IMG/VR virus record: IMGVR_UViG_3300044739_000008
Location: 1-50,925 of that record
Source: a virus
Lineage: Duplodnaviria > Caudoviricetes
Length of the DNA: 50,925 bases
Reading direction: 5' to 3' (one strand)
Shown: positions 1 through 9,400 of the stretch, piece after piece
Layout: each line of letters opens with the position of its first letter
Position numbering within the stretch: position 1 is the first letter of the stretch
Made by a program: the position numbers and the translations under genes
Notes under the pieces: model-generated
What the model saw: only the letters and a program-made list of their open reading frames with translations
Databases searched by the model: none
What the model was told of the DNA's origin: nothing

Positions 1-127
1 GGGCTCGTCTCGCCCCAGCGCTTGCGGCGCTCCTCCACCCAGGTCTTGCCCGTGAGCACGTGGTGTAGCTCGTCGGGGACCTTCTCACCCGTGAAGGCGG
101 GCAAGTCGAAGGCGCTGATGGCGATCT
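1..127. repeat. 127-bp direct repeat, left copy (circular overlap)
   Basis: Identical to 50799-50925; lies inside the terminase gene. Confidence 0.97.
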
Positions 128-755
128 CGTTCCACCCAGAGCCGGGGCGGCAACACTTCTCAAACTCGGTGGCGGGATCGTCCGGGTTGCCGATGGCGAG
201 GACCCTGGCGTCATCGTTCGTGGCCAGGGACTCGACCGCCTCCCAGAGCCAGGTCGGTATCCCCGCTGCCTCGTCCAGGATCACGAGGATGTAGCGAGCG
301 TGGACGCCTTGGAAGGCCTGACGCGCCTTGTCCGGGTCCGAGTAGTCGGCGGGCTTGCGCCCGAAGGCAACAAGCTCGTCGTCCCCGAGGTACCAATGAC
401 AGTCGAGCGTCAGGCGTCCAGGTAGCCCTCCCTTACGATGGGCAGAGCGAATCTCACGCCACAGGATCGCCTCGACCTGAGGTTGAGTAGGGGCGGTCGT
501 GACGACAAACGCCGATCCAACCGGATGCGTATCAAGCCACCACGCCGCCAATCGAGACGCAGTGAAAGACTTCCCTGTTCCATGGGCACTCCTTACGGCT
601 GTATGTCGATGGTCCCTCACCGACTCGGCGACCTCGCGCTGCTTCGACCAGGTGAACTCGCCGAGCTTCCCGTGGATCCATCCTACCGGGTCCAGCACGT
701 ACTTGTCCGCCTCGAAGCGGCTGGCGATCCGCTCAGCGTCTAGGAGGAGGTTCAT
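1..755 (-). CDS. terL: Terminase large subunit, N-terminal ATPase part (continues at 50798..50102; about 483 aa total)
   Basis: Manual translation from ATG at 755: MNLLLDAERIAS...AVRSAHGTGKS (Walker A)...TAPT...LVILDEAAG (Walker B)...IGNP; in frame with ORF 50102..50902. Confidence 0.93.
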   Translation of the reverse strand, partial: MNLLLDAERIASRFEADKYVLDPVGWIHGKLGEFTWSKQREVAESVRDHRHTAVRSAHGTGKSFTASRLAAWWLDTHPVGSAFVVTTAPTQPQVEAILWREIRSAHRKGGLPGRLTLDCHWYLGDDELVAFGRKPADYSDPDKARQAFQGVHARYILVILDEAAGIPTWLWEAVESLATNDDARVLAIGNPDDPATEFEKCCRPGSGWNEIAISAFDLPAFTGEKVPDELHHVLTGKTWVEERRKRWGETS

Positions 756-934
756 ACACCCTCCTTGAGACGGTGGGGATCGTTGAAGACCTTGGCGGGG
801 CGCGTCCCCTTCCCGCAGCTGGGGCAGAGGACCTGGTTGGTCACCTGGCGACAGGGGCGGCATACCCTGGCCTGGCGCCCGAGCGGGTAGGCGGGCTTCC
901 GCCCACCCCGGTTCGAGGGCGGACGCTCACGCAT
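752..934 (-). CDS. Small zinc-ribbon protein
   Basis: CRPC...CPSC; ATGA overlap with terL start. Confidence 0.65.
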   Translation of the reverse strand: MRERPPSNRGGRKPAYPLGRQARVCRPCRQVTNQVLCPSCGKGTRPAKVFNDPHRLKEGV

Positions 935-1112
935 CTCCGCGCCCTCCCCGTACTGGGGTGACCGGGATGATGGGGACTCGGGTGGGCCTCGCGGGCGAGG
1001 GAGCGGGCGGGCGATCGAGCGCGTCTATCCGGTCCGTATGCCGAGCCCAGATGGCGGCGGCGACCCACCACGCGCCTACGCCAGCGATGAACCCAAGGCC
1101 GAACCGGATCAT
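927..1112 (-). CDS. Small membrane protein
   Basis: N-terminal hydrophobic helix FGLGFIAGVGAWWVAAAIW; overlaps both neighbours. Confidence 0.6.
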   Translation of the reverse strand: MIRFGLGFIAGVGAWWVAAAIWARHTDRIDALDRPPAPSPARPTRVPIIPVTPVRGGRGDA

Positions 1113-1315
1113 GAGCGCCTCGTCGCGGCGTGGTTGAGGTCCTTGTTCGCGTACCCAGGCTTGACCTTCCGGCCCGAGCGCTTCACCTCAAGGACCCGTC
1201 CGCCGTCCCCATGTCGAGGGCAGCCTGGGTTCGAGCAGGACAGGGTCGCGTCCGCCAGAAGCTCCTCCCCGCAGAGAGGGCACCCATCGACGCCGAGCCC
1301 GAGCGGGAAGGCCAT
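1109..1315 (-). CDS. Small zinc-ribbon protein
   Basis: CPLC...CSNPGC; translationally coupled. Confidence 0.65.
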   Translation of the reverse strand: MAFPLGLGVDGCPLCGEELLADATLSCSNPGCPRHGDGGRVLEVKRSGRKVKPGYANKDLNHAATRRS

Positions 1316-1497
1316 CAGCGCGCCTCCTCACCGTTGGTGGTGATCAGCGCCAGCCGCTTCGCCCGAGGACCGGCATGCCGATGGATCTGCTTCCGAGTAA
1401 GGGGACCTCGGCAGTTGGGGCACTTGTCCGGGACGTTGCCGCCGACGAACCGCGTGAGAGGGCACTGGCCCTCGTTACACTGGTAGACGGTCAGCAC
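1315..1497 (-). CDS. Small zinc-ribbon protein
   Basis: CNEGQC...CPNC; coupled to next gene. Confidence 0.6.
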   Translation of the reverse strand: MLTVYQCNEGQCPLTRFVGGNVPDKCPNCRGPLTRKQIHRHAGPRAKRLALITTNGEEAR

Positions 1498-1516
1498 AGA
1501 TCATGGCGTAGAAGGG

Positions 1517-2101
1517 TCATTGATCTGTGGACATCGGTAGTGCGGCACGAACGGCGTCTGGGACCTTCGCACGCTGTTGCTTGGTGAGCCCGAGATGATG
1601 GATGACGGCTTCCAGCGCCACGGCGAAGTTGTCTGCCATCTGCTCCTTGGCGCGAGCCGATCGGTCCTCGATCCCGAGGGCGACCATCCGCGAGGACAAC
1701 CAGCCGACGCGCTCCCAGGCTCGTTGCTCCTCCTTCACCCAGTGGGTGAGCATCGCCTTGTAGGTGGCGATCTCCTCCCGCGTAACCTCGCCCCACTCGG
1801 TGATGATCTCCTCCTTGACAACCTCCTTGTCGCGGAGTACCCACAGCTGATCCTCGCGGAGCTTGGACGCCTCCTCGGTGGCGAAGCGCGCCCACTCGAC
1901 CGTCCGGGCGAGCGCTTCCTGTAGCGCGTCCTCCGGGGCGATTCGAGGGATGTCGATGCTGTTCAGATACGCCGACCGCCTGGCCTCTCCAAGGAGCCGT
2001 CGAGCGCCCTCTTGACGCTCCATCTCCTGCTTGTGGTCCTCCCGCTTCGCGCGGCGGCGCTGTACTCGGGGGCGGACCTTCGGTGAGGACGCGGCGGGCA
2101 A
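1517..2101 (-). CDS. Probable terminase small subunit
   Basis: Helical 194-aa protein with basic N-terminus, just upstream of terL. Confidence 0.55.
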   Translation of the reverse strand: MPAASSPKVRPRVQRRRAKREDHKQEMERQEGARRLLGEARRSAYLNSIDIPRIAPEDALQEALARTVEWARFATEEASKLREDQLWVLRDKEVVKEEIITEWGEVTREEIATYKAMLTHWVKEEQRAWERVGWLSSRMVALGIEDRSARAKEQMADNFAVALEAVIHHLGLTKQQRAKVPDAVRAALPMSTDQ

Positions 2102-2180
2102 TGGGAGCGGAGGCTACTCGCTCCGGTCGGACGGACTCGCGCGCGGGAGGCAAATCCCCCGCAAATCTATGGGAACGAGA

Positions 2181-2687
2181 TCAGGTCCCGAGGAGCCGGT
2201 TTAGCCGTAGGACGGCGTGCCTCACGGCATCACGGGTATGCGCCGATCCGACCTGCCAGAGCCCAAGTGACCGTAGCCGCTCGTTGGTCATCAGGTTCTT
2301 GGCGTCCGAGGGCTCCTGCCATCCGACAATCCCCGGTATCCCCGGACAACGGTGAGCGAGCCCGACCTCAAGACCTCCGAGCACCCAGGCCGGGGTTATG
2401 TCTGCGTGCTTGGTACGTAGGATGAAGTTCTCAACCACCAGGTGAATCTCGCTCCACGCAAACCCCTTGATGTTGCTCAACGCAAAGAAGTCCTGCCACG
2501 AGTCCGTCAGTTGATTCGACTGCTCAACGATCGAGCCTCGGACCTCCCACGAGTGAAGCTCCTCCATCTGCGACAGCGTCTCCCGTAGCGTCTGCCGGAA
2601 GCCGGGCACCGTCACCACGGCTACCCCGGTCACCTGCCCCGGATCGACCGCCATCACCGCCGCTCGGGCCGGGACTACGTGAGCCAA
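2181..2687 (-). CDS. RuvC-like Holliday junction resolvase (start uncertain)
   Basis: MAVDPGQVTGVAV, LVVENF and HTRDAVRHA acidic RNase H-fold motifs. Confidence 0.75.
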   Translation of the reverse strand: MAHVVPARAAVMAVDPGQVTGVAVVTVPGFRQTLRETLSQMEELHSWEVRGSIVEQSNQLTDSWQDFFALSNIKGFAWSEIHLVVENFILRTKHADITPAWVLGGLEVGLAHRCPGIPGIVGWQEPSDAKNLMTNERLRSLGLWQVGSAHTRDAVRHAVLRLNRLLGT

Positions 2688-2872
2688 CAGATCACCCCAA
2701 TCACGACGATGGTCCACGGGACCGCTAGCACAAAGCAGATGAGGCACCACCCGAAGATCCACCTACGCCGACTGATGTGGTAGCGCTCGCGCTCGCGCGC
2801 GGGTCCCGCGTACCCGCGCGAGGGCTCCCCGTTAGATCGAGACGAAAGAGACATCATCTCTACCTCTCTCAA
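2675..2872 (-). CDS. Possible small membrane protein
   Basis: C-terminal hydrophobic stretch; overlaps the CG-repeat region. Confidence 0.4.
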   Translation of the reverse strand: MREVEMMSLSSRSNGEPSRGYAGPARERERYHISRRRWIFGWCLICFVLAVPWTIVVIGVICWLT

Positions 2873-2970
2873 TTTTCTCCGCTAGCCCTCGCGCCGGTAG
2901 GCGGGACGGGCGCGCACGCGCGGGTCCCGCGCGATCCCGAGCGCGCGCGCCTACGCGCGGACGCGCGAGG
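2785..2970. repeat. CG-dinucleotide-rich repeat region
   Basis: CGCGCGGGTCCCGCG at 2796-2810 and 2917-2931; motifs shared with 19121-19238. Confidence 0.6.
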
Positions 2971-2974
2971 CACG

Positions 2975-3415
2975 TCACGTTCCCACTCGCCTAGCTAGCT
3001 CGCGCCGGAGCCGACGCACAGGAGCGTACATCACAGTCGCCTTGTTCGCGGCGAGGACGTGCTTGCGGACCTCCTCGGGCGACACAGCCTCGGCGCCCTC
3101 CCACGCAAGCTCGGTGGCGTCAAGGCTGTAGCGCTGAGGGATGGTCCCATCGAGATCGGGGTGGCGGACGTTGTGGCGCCGGACCGCGAGCGCGATCGCA
3201 TTCAGGAGGATCGCACAGACGCGGTTCGCCTCGGCGCGCTCCTCCTTGCTGAGGTCCGCGCTCATCCGGTAGGCGCGTACTCCCTTCGCCCAGTCCATGA
3301 TCCTCGACAACTCGCGCTCCATCTGCGCGTCTCCGATCGCGGGCACGCCTCCGGCGCCGATCGCCTGCGCCTCCTCGCGCTCGGGGCGCCTCCTCCTACG
3401 TCGCTTGCCTGGCAC
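2975..3415 (-). CDS. Hypothetical protein
   Basis: GTG start at 3415 with strong SD (AGGAGGT); helical protein. Confidence 0.7.
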   Translation of the reverse strand: MPGKRRRRRRPEREEAQAIGAGGVPAIGDAQMERELSRIMDWAKGVRAYRMSADLSKEERAEANRVCAILLNAIALAVRRHNVRHPDLDGTIPQRYSLDATELAWEGAEAVSPEEVRKHVLAANKATVMYAPVRRLRRELARRVGT

Positions 3416-3431
3416 TGACCTACCTCCTGGG

Positions 3432-3914
3432 TTAGACCCTCCGAGCCTCAGAGGGATTGAAAGGGGTGGCCGTTCTAAGCTCGCGGCGGGCTCGGCCCGC
3501 GAGGTAGTCACAGCGTTCGTTCTCGGGCATCCCCGAGTGGCCGGGGACGTGCTCGAAGCGGACGTGGTGGAACGTGACGGCGCGATCGAGCTTGATCCAG
3601 AGATCGCTGTTGGGGATCGGCTTGGTCCCTCGCTTCCAGCCCTTGCGCCTCCAGTTCTCCAACCAGCCCTGCTCGAAGGCGCCGACGACATAATTGCTGT
3701 CGGTGTACACCGTCACTTCGAGCCCGCCCATCTTGAGGGCGGCGAGCCCTTCGAGGACGGCGGTGATCTCCATCCGGTTGTTCGTGGTGTCGGTGTCGGC
3801 GCCCGTCCCCTCGCGCCGGAGCGAGCCCGCGATCAGGATGAAGGCCCAACCACCGAAGCCGTCGCCGTCCGCCGAGCCGTCCGCCCATAGCTCGACGGCT
3901 CGCCTACCCGGCAT
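3432..3914 (-). CDS. rnhA: Ribonuclease HI
   Basis: ADGS, TTNNRMEITA, YTDSNYV, NSDLW, HVPGHSG.PENERCD.LA motifs. Confidence 0.95.
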   Translation of the reverse strand: MPGRRAVELWADGSADGDGFGGWAFILIAGSLRREGTGADTDTTNNRMEITAVLEGLAALKMGGLEVTVYTDSNYVVGAFEQGWLENWRRKGWKRGTKPIPNSDLWIKLDRAVTFHHVRFEHVPGHSGMPENERCDYLAGRARRELRTATPFNPSEARRV

Positions 3915-4194
3915 GTAGTGAGGACTCCCTGAACACCCGCCCGAGGACGTGAACGGGGACCCACCCCACCTGAGGCTTCTCATTCGGCGTATCGCCATAG
4001 CCCATCGAGCGGAGTAGATCGCGCTCGACCAGGAGCCGGTCGTACAGGGTGTAGGTCCGCTCGATCGCGGCGATCACGTTGAGCGCCTCGACCGCCTCGG
4101 GGTGAGATGGGTTCGTGAAGAAGTCCATCATGATCTCGTTGGCCCGCTGGTAGCGAGCCCGCATCGCGTAGAACTCCAGGACGCGGGCGCTCAC
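3904..4194 (-). CDS. Hypothetical protein
   Basis: ORF coupled on both sides. Confidence 0.65.
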   Translation of the reverse strand: MSARVLEFYAMRARYQRANEIMMDFFTNPSHPEAVEALNVIAAIERTYTLYDRLLVERDLLRSMGYGDTPNEKPQVGWVPVHVLGRVFRESSLHAG

Positions 4195-4367
4195 AGCCTG
4201 GCCTGACCCTCGGCCATCGGCTCGAACACGAGATGAAAGCGTTCGCCGATCGTCCGCGAGCCCGTCAGCGGTAGCTCAAGCTCGCCGATCATCCTGCCAT
4301 CGTTGTAGACCTTGGCTTCCATCGTGGACTTGTAGTGGTCCATGTCGGTGATCATCGCGTAGATCAC
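4191..4367 (-). CDS. Hypothetical protein
   Basis: GTG start overlapping upstream stop, SD GGGAGG. Confidence 0.55.
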   Translation of the reverse strand: MIYAMITDMDHYKSTMEAKVYNDGRMIGELELPLTGSRTIGERFHLVFEPMAEGQARL

Positions 4368-4489
4368 ATCCGCCTCCCTAGCTCGTTGACGATCTCCTTG
4401 AGCGCCTTCGCGCACGTGTCGAGCCCTGCGCCGATCATCGCGCCTCCGAGGATCGCCCCGAGTGCGATGATGGTTGCTTCCCAAATCAT
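4364..4489 (-). CDS. 41-aa membrane peptide (not in ORF track)
   Basis: MIWEATIIALGAILGGAMIGAGLDTC...; ATGA/GTGA overlaps on both ends. Confidence 0.6.
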   Translation of the reverse strand: MIWEATIIALGAILGGAMIGAGLDTCAKALKEIVNELGRRM

Positions 4490-4764
4490 TCAAGCTCCCT
4501 TCCTGCGTCGATGAGTGCCTTCCTGAACTCGCGCCCGAACCGCTCGAACTGGACGCCCACGGCGCGCGCCGACTCCCCGAAGGCCTGGGAGATCGTCGTC
4601 ATGTCGCGTATCGCCTTCGAGACGCGGATCATCGCCCGCTTGTAGACCATCTTGCGGAAGTACGCTTGCGCCTCGCGCGCCTCCTGCTCCCAGTCCTCGT
4701 CCGAGGCCAGCTGGATGTCGTTGCGACGAGGCGCCCAGGCGACTACGCGCCGGTGAGTCATCAC
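4486..4764 (-). CDS. Hypothetical protein
   Basis: Coupled ORF. Confidence 0.65.
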   Translation of the reverse strand: MMTHRRVVAWAPRRNDIQLASDEDWEQEAREAQAYFRKMVYKRAMIRVSKAIRDMTTISQAFGESARAVGVQFERFGREFRKALIDAGRELE

Positions 4765-5066
4765 CCGCCGCCTTGGGCGTAGAACTCGACCAGGTCAAAC
4801 AGGCGGTCCCTGGTCTTGACCGCGTCCTGTAGGTGCCGCTCGACGGCGGGACCGGGTGGCGGAGCCTCGGACATCGCCGACGCTAGCTGGTCCCACTCCT
4901 CCTCCGACAGCGACAGAAACGCGGGCATCTCCTCGCCGGGTTGAGTTGGGACGAACCGGCGCGCGGCTCGCTCCTCGGGGACGCCGTACACGACCGCCCG
5001 GTTGTCCGCCGTCATGAGGTAGATATTGACGCGCTGGCGCGGCCAGTCGCGCTCGACCTTCATCAT
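4761..5066 (-). CDS. Hypothetical protein
   Basis: ATGA overlap with the thyX-like stop, SD GGAGG. Confidence 0.7.
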   Translation of the reverse strand: MMKVERDWPRQRVNIYLMTADNRAVVYGVPEERAARRFVPTQPGEEMPAFLSLSEEEWDQLASAMSEAPPPGPAVERHLQDAVKTRDRLFDLVEFYAQGGG

Positions 5067-6193
5067 CGGCGGTCCTCCGCTCGGGTCCGTCCGGCGTCCG
5101 GGTCGGCCAGCCACTCAGCCGTGTCGATCTCCTCGAAGGCGCCGCGCTGGACGCGCTCGCGGATCGTACACCCACGGTCGAAGTCCGCCGTGAACGGGCA
5201 GTGCCCGAGCTTGTAGCAGACCGGCTTGAACAACTCGCTCCCGGCGATCCGCTCGAACTGCCAGGCCTGGGGAGCCTCAAACGTGAGGTCCTCCTTCATG
5301 TACGCGGGCGGCGTGTGGTACTGGATCGCCTGGACGATCTCGATGAATACCGCCCGCCAGATGAACTGCGCCTGCGTACAGAGCCGGTTCCCCGCGTGCT
5401 CCACGAGGTTGCGGAGGTTCGTCTTGTAGTTGAGCCGGGTCGGCGTGGCCTGGGGCAGGAGCCCGCGCGCGTCCTCGGCGGGGACGCCGTTGTTCACGAG
5501 GTAGTTGTAGCCGTCCTCGATCGCGTCCACCGTCCCGGTCCAGATGTCCGCCGCGTCCGAGTCCTCGCGGATCGTCGGCGGGAGGCTCACCTCATCGGCG
5601 AGGTTCCCCTTGACGGCGAACCGCAGGGACTCCTGCGCGTACACCGCCGTCCTCTGACGGACCAGCTGGTGGGTGAAGGCGCGGTCCACGTTCTCGATGA
5701 AGAAGTGAAACTCCACCGTCTCGTGCGGAGCCCGCAGATGCGTCTTGAGGGACTCGGCCCAGTAGTGCTCGCGCTCCTCGTCGGTGATCTCGGCGAGGCT
5801 GTAGGTCGGCTTCCCCTCGTACATCCGACAGAAGGCGGCGACCGCTCCGAGCGGGTCCGGCGTAGCCCAGAGCAGGCTCACCTTCGGCCCGCCGCGCTCG
5901 ATCGGCGCCGCCTCGAACTGAGCGGCGTCTCCCCACTTGGTCAGGTCGGTGCCGGGCTCGGGACCGGGCTCGATCGTGATGGGGTCCGGGCCAAGCGTGG
6001 ACGCGGTGGCTTCATCGATCATGCCCATCCTGTGAAGCTCCTCGTCGGGCACGTCCCAGTACACCATGTCGCGCTGGAAGTAGCGGCGCCACACCTGGTC
6101 TTGATCGAGCCGCAGATGCCCGTCCTGGTCGATGCCGCGCTCAACGGCGCGCTGGTACTCGATCTTTGCGTACTGCGCGTCAGTCGGGCTCAC
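5063..6193 (-). CDS. thyX: Divergent ThyX-like flavin-dependent thymidylate synthase
   Basis: VDRAFTHQLVRQRTAVYAQESLRF, GVPAEDARGLLP, NLRNL...RLC..AQ; about 100-aa N-terminal extension. Confidence 0.85.
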   Translation of the reverse strand: MSPTDAQYAKIEYQRAVERGIDQDGHLRLDQDQVWRRYFQRDMVYWDVPDEELHRMGMIDEATASTLGPDPITIEPGPEPGTDLTKWGDAAQFEAAPIERGGPKVSLLWATPDPLGAVAAFCRMYEGKPTYSLAEITDEEREHYWAESLKTHLRAPHETVEFHFFIENVDRAFTHQLVRQRTAVYAQESLRFAVKGNLADEVSLPPTIREDSDAADIWTGTVDAIEDGYNYLVNNGVPAEDARGLLPQATPTRLNYKTNLRNLVEHAGNRLCTQAQFIWRAVFIEIVQAIQYHTPPAYMKEDLTFEAPQAWQFERIAGSELFKPVCYKLGHCPFTADFDRGCTIRERVQRGAFEEIDTAEWLADPDAGRTRAEDRR

Positions 6194-6420
6194 AGCCGCT
6201 TCCCTTCGACATCGTGCCGCGCGACGGCGGCGTTGCCCCAGAACATCGCCTCCTCTAGCGCCGTGATCATGAGAGACTTCTCACGGCACTCGAAGGGGAC
6301 GAGCGTGTTCAGTTCGACCGCCGCGACTAGGCAGCTATCGCGGATCGCCGAGTGAACCTCACCTTTGGCCGGGTCCGCCGGGTGGAAGGCGAACCTGTTT
6401 TGGATGTCGCCTGATTCCAT
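6190..6420 (-). CDS. Acb2/Tad1-like hairpin protein (putative immune-signal sponge)
   Basis: IQNRFAFHP...CREKSLMITALEEAMFWGNAAVAR; strong SD GAGGAGG. Confidence 0.72.
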   Translation of the reverse strand: MESGDIQNRFAFHPADPAKGEVHSAIRDSCLVAAVELNTLVPFECREKSLMITALEEAMFWGNAAVARHDVEGKRL

Positions 6421-9400
6421 TGTGCTACCTCCTCGTCAGTGACAGAGATGACCGCGAAGTCGGTGACGTATATCTCGCGGGCGGCTCGCCACGATGGCTT
6501 GTACCCTTGTACCCACACCACGTCCTTTTCGAGCGTGGTGCCCCAGATCGGCCGCTTGAACTGCGGGTAACGCCAGCGGTCGAATCGAAGTCTCAGAAGC
6601 TCCTTGCCGTCATCGCCGAGCATGAGCAGGAACTCGCGCAGATGCGGGTCTTTCATCGTCGCCTCGTCTAGCTCGGTGCCATGCGCGCGGTTCGTCTCGA
6701 AGATGTCGCGCAGGTTCCGGTTGAGGGCGACTCCTACCCAGGTGACCGTCTCCTTCAAGCCCTCGCCGTAGGGGACATCGAGAGAGGAGTGCGTCGGCGC
6801 GGTCATCGTCTCGCTCGCCTCGATCGCCTCGCGCGCGATGGCGATGCGCTTGTCGATCTCGAAGATGCCGAGCGGGTCGTCTGAGGCGCCGAACTCCTTG
6901 ATGCCCTCGATCGTCTTGGGGCCGATCCCCTTGACCTCGATCATGTCCTCCCAGGCGGTCCAGCGGCGCCGTCCCGGCGTCCTGACGATCTCCTCGGCGA
7001 GCGCGTCACCGACCTTCGGCAGCTGCTTGTAGCCCATGCGGACCTTCCCGCCGTCGCGCACCGGCGTCCAGTCGAGCGCCTTGCCTCCGAGCTTCGGCGG
7101 CGTGGCCTTGATGGCGTGCGCGTCGGCGTCTCGGAGGAGCGGGACGCGGGCGCCGTCGCCCATCGCTCGAAGCGCAGCCGCGTAGAACACCTCAGGGTGG
7201 TGCTGCTTGATCCACTGGCACTGGTAGCTGATCATCCCGTAGGCGAGCGAGTGCGCCAGGTTGAAGGAGTAGGCGCCCGCCGTTATGAGGCTCATCCAGA
7301 GCGCGTAGACCTTGTCGGGCTCGAAGTCCGGGTGCCGCCTCGCGGCGCCGTCTAGGAACTCCTGCCGCTTGCGGTTGAACGCCTGCTCGCCTTCCTTCTT
7401 GGCGATGATCTTGCGGATCGCGGCTGCGGCGGTCCAGTCGAAGTCGCCGACCTCCCGGACAATCCTGAGTATCTGTTCCTGGTAGACGATCTGGTGGTTG
7501 GTGAACCCGAGGATCGGCTCAAGGGACGGGTGCCAGCGCTCCGGCTCGACGTCACCGCGCTTGACCTGGACATACGCCTCGGCGGCGCCGTTGTGGAGCG
7601 GTCCCGGTCGTGCGATCGCGGGGACGAGGCACACCTCATCGAAGTTGTCGGGCTTGAGTTCGTTGTTGATGAGCCGGGTCGCCTGCCCCTCATACTGGAA
7701 GATGCCGATCACGTCGCCTCGGCGGAAGCCGTCGAGCGTCGTCTGGTCGTCCAGCGGGAGATCGTACATGTCCTGTAGTTCGAGCCCGAGCCACGTACAG
7801 GCGTAGTTGATCAGCGTCATCGTGTTGAGTCCGAGGTAGTCCATCTTCAGGAGCCCCAGGCGCTCGGCGTCCTTGAGATCGACGGACACAACCTCGATCT
7901 CGTGCCCCTTGATCGTCCGCTGGTACACCGGCGCGACCTTCCGCACGTCCCCGAGGACGAGCCCGGCAGCGTGTACGCCGAAGCCCTTGACGTTGCCTTC
8001 GAGATCGGCGGCGCGGCGTAGCTCGGGATAGCGCTCCATGACCTCGCGCGACTCCTCGAACTGCTCCACCGTGTCCTCGATCGTCGCCGACGCGCGCAGG
8101 TCGCCGGACGAGCGCTCGATGAGTTGGTCTTTGATCACCTTCACGTCCCAGTCCGGGACGTTGTAGACGCGGGCGACGTCATCCAGGCTGTTCTTGGATC
8201 GGTAGTAGGTGAAGGTCCCGAGGTTGTACACCCGGCCCTCGCCGTACTTGCGCACCAGGTACTCGCGGAGCTTCCAGCGCGTCTCCGAGTCGAAGTCGAG
8301 ATCAATGTCGGGTAGGTCGTGCCGGTTCGCATCAATGAATCGCTCGAACACCAACTGGTGGAACACGATCGGATCGACCTCCGTGATGCGCAGGAGGTAG
8401 GCGACGAGGGACGCCGCAGCCGAGCCTCGCCCCGGCCCGACCGCGACACCGTGATCCTTGGCCCAGACAACGGAGTCGGCGACCACGACGAAGTACCACT
8501 CAAAGCCCTTGGACTCGATCATCTCCATCTCATACAGCAGGCGCTTCCGGTACTCCTCGCGCTTCGCCGGAGCGAGCTTGTGGATGCCCCGATAGCGCCA
8601 GCCGTCCTTGATCCAGTCGCGCCAGAGGCTCCGCAGGTCCGAGTAGCCGGGAGGCAGCGGGTACTCGATCATGGGCAGTTGCGGGAGCGTCACGTTGCAA
8701 TCCTGGGCGATCGTCTCGGTGTTGAGGATCGCCTCGCGCGCGGCCTCGCGGCTCATCCCAGTCGCCACGAGTCGGCGGAACAGGACGTTGTCGTTGATCG
8801 GCGGGCAGAGCGGCGCGTCATAGCCCCAGTCGCGCTCAAGCTCCTCCAACGACCGCTTCTCACCCGGTCGGGTGTTGTGGAGTATCTTCTGAACCTCGGA
8901 TTCCTCAGGCGCCGTGTAGTGGCAATCAAGATCGGCGACGAGCGGGATGCCGGTGGCGCGGCTGATCCGCTCGATCATCGGATTAGCCTGGCGTGTCTTC
9001 TCAAGCTCGGGGAAGGCCTGAACCTCCAGGAAGTAGCGGTCACCGAAGTTCGAGCGGAAGCGCTCGGCGACTCCGAGCCCGCGCTTGTAGCTCGCGTCCT
9101 CGGGCTCGACCAGCTTGCCGCCGACGAGGGACGTGAACAGGAGCGAGCCCTGACAACCGCTCATGACGATGAGCCCGCTCCCCTCCTCCGCCAGCATCTC
9201 CTCGCTGACGGTCGGCTCGCTGTAGAACCCCTCGGAGTAGGAGCGCGAGACGAGGCTGATGAGGTTGCCGTAGCCCTCCTGGTCCTTGGCGAGGATCGTC
9301 AGGTGATTCTTCTTGCGGGTCCGGTTCGTCTCGTCCACGGCGCCGGTGTACAACTCGCATCCGAAGATCGGCTTGATGCCCTCGGCCTTCGCCGCCTTTT

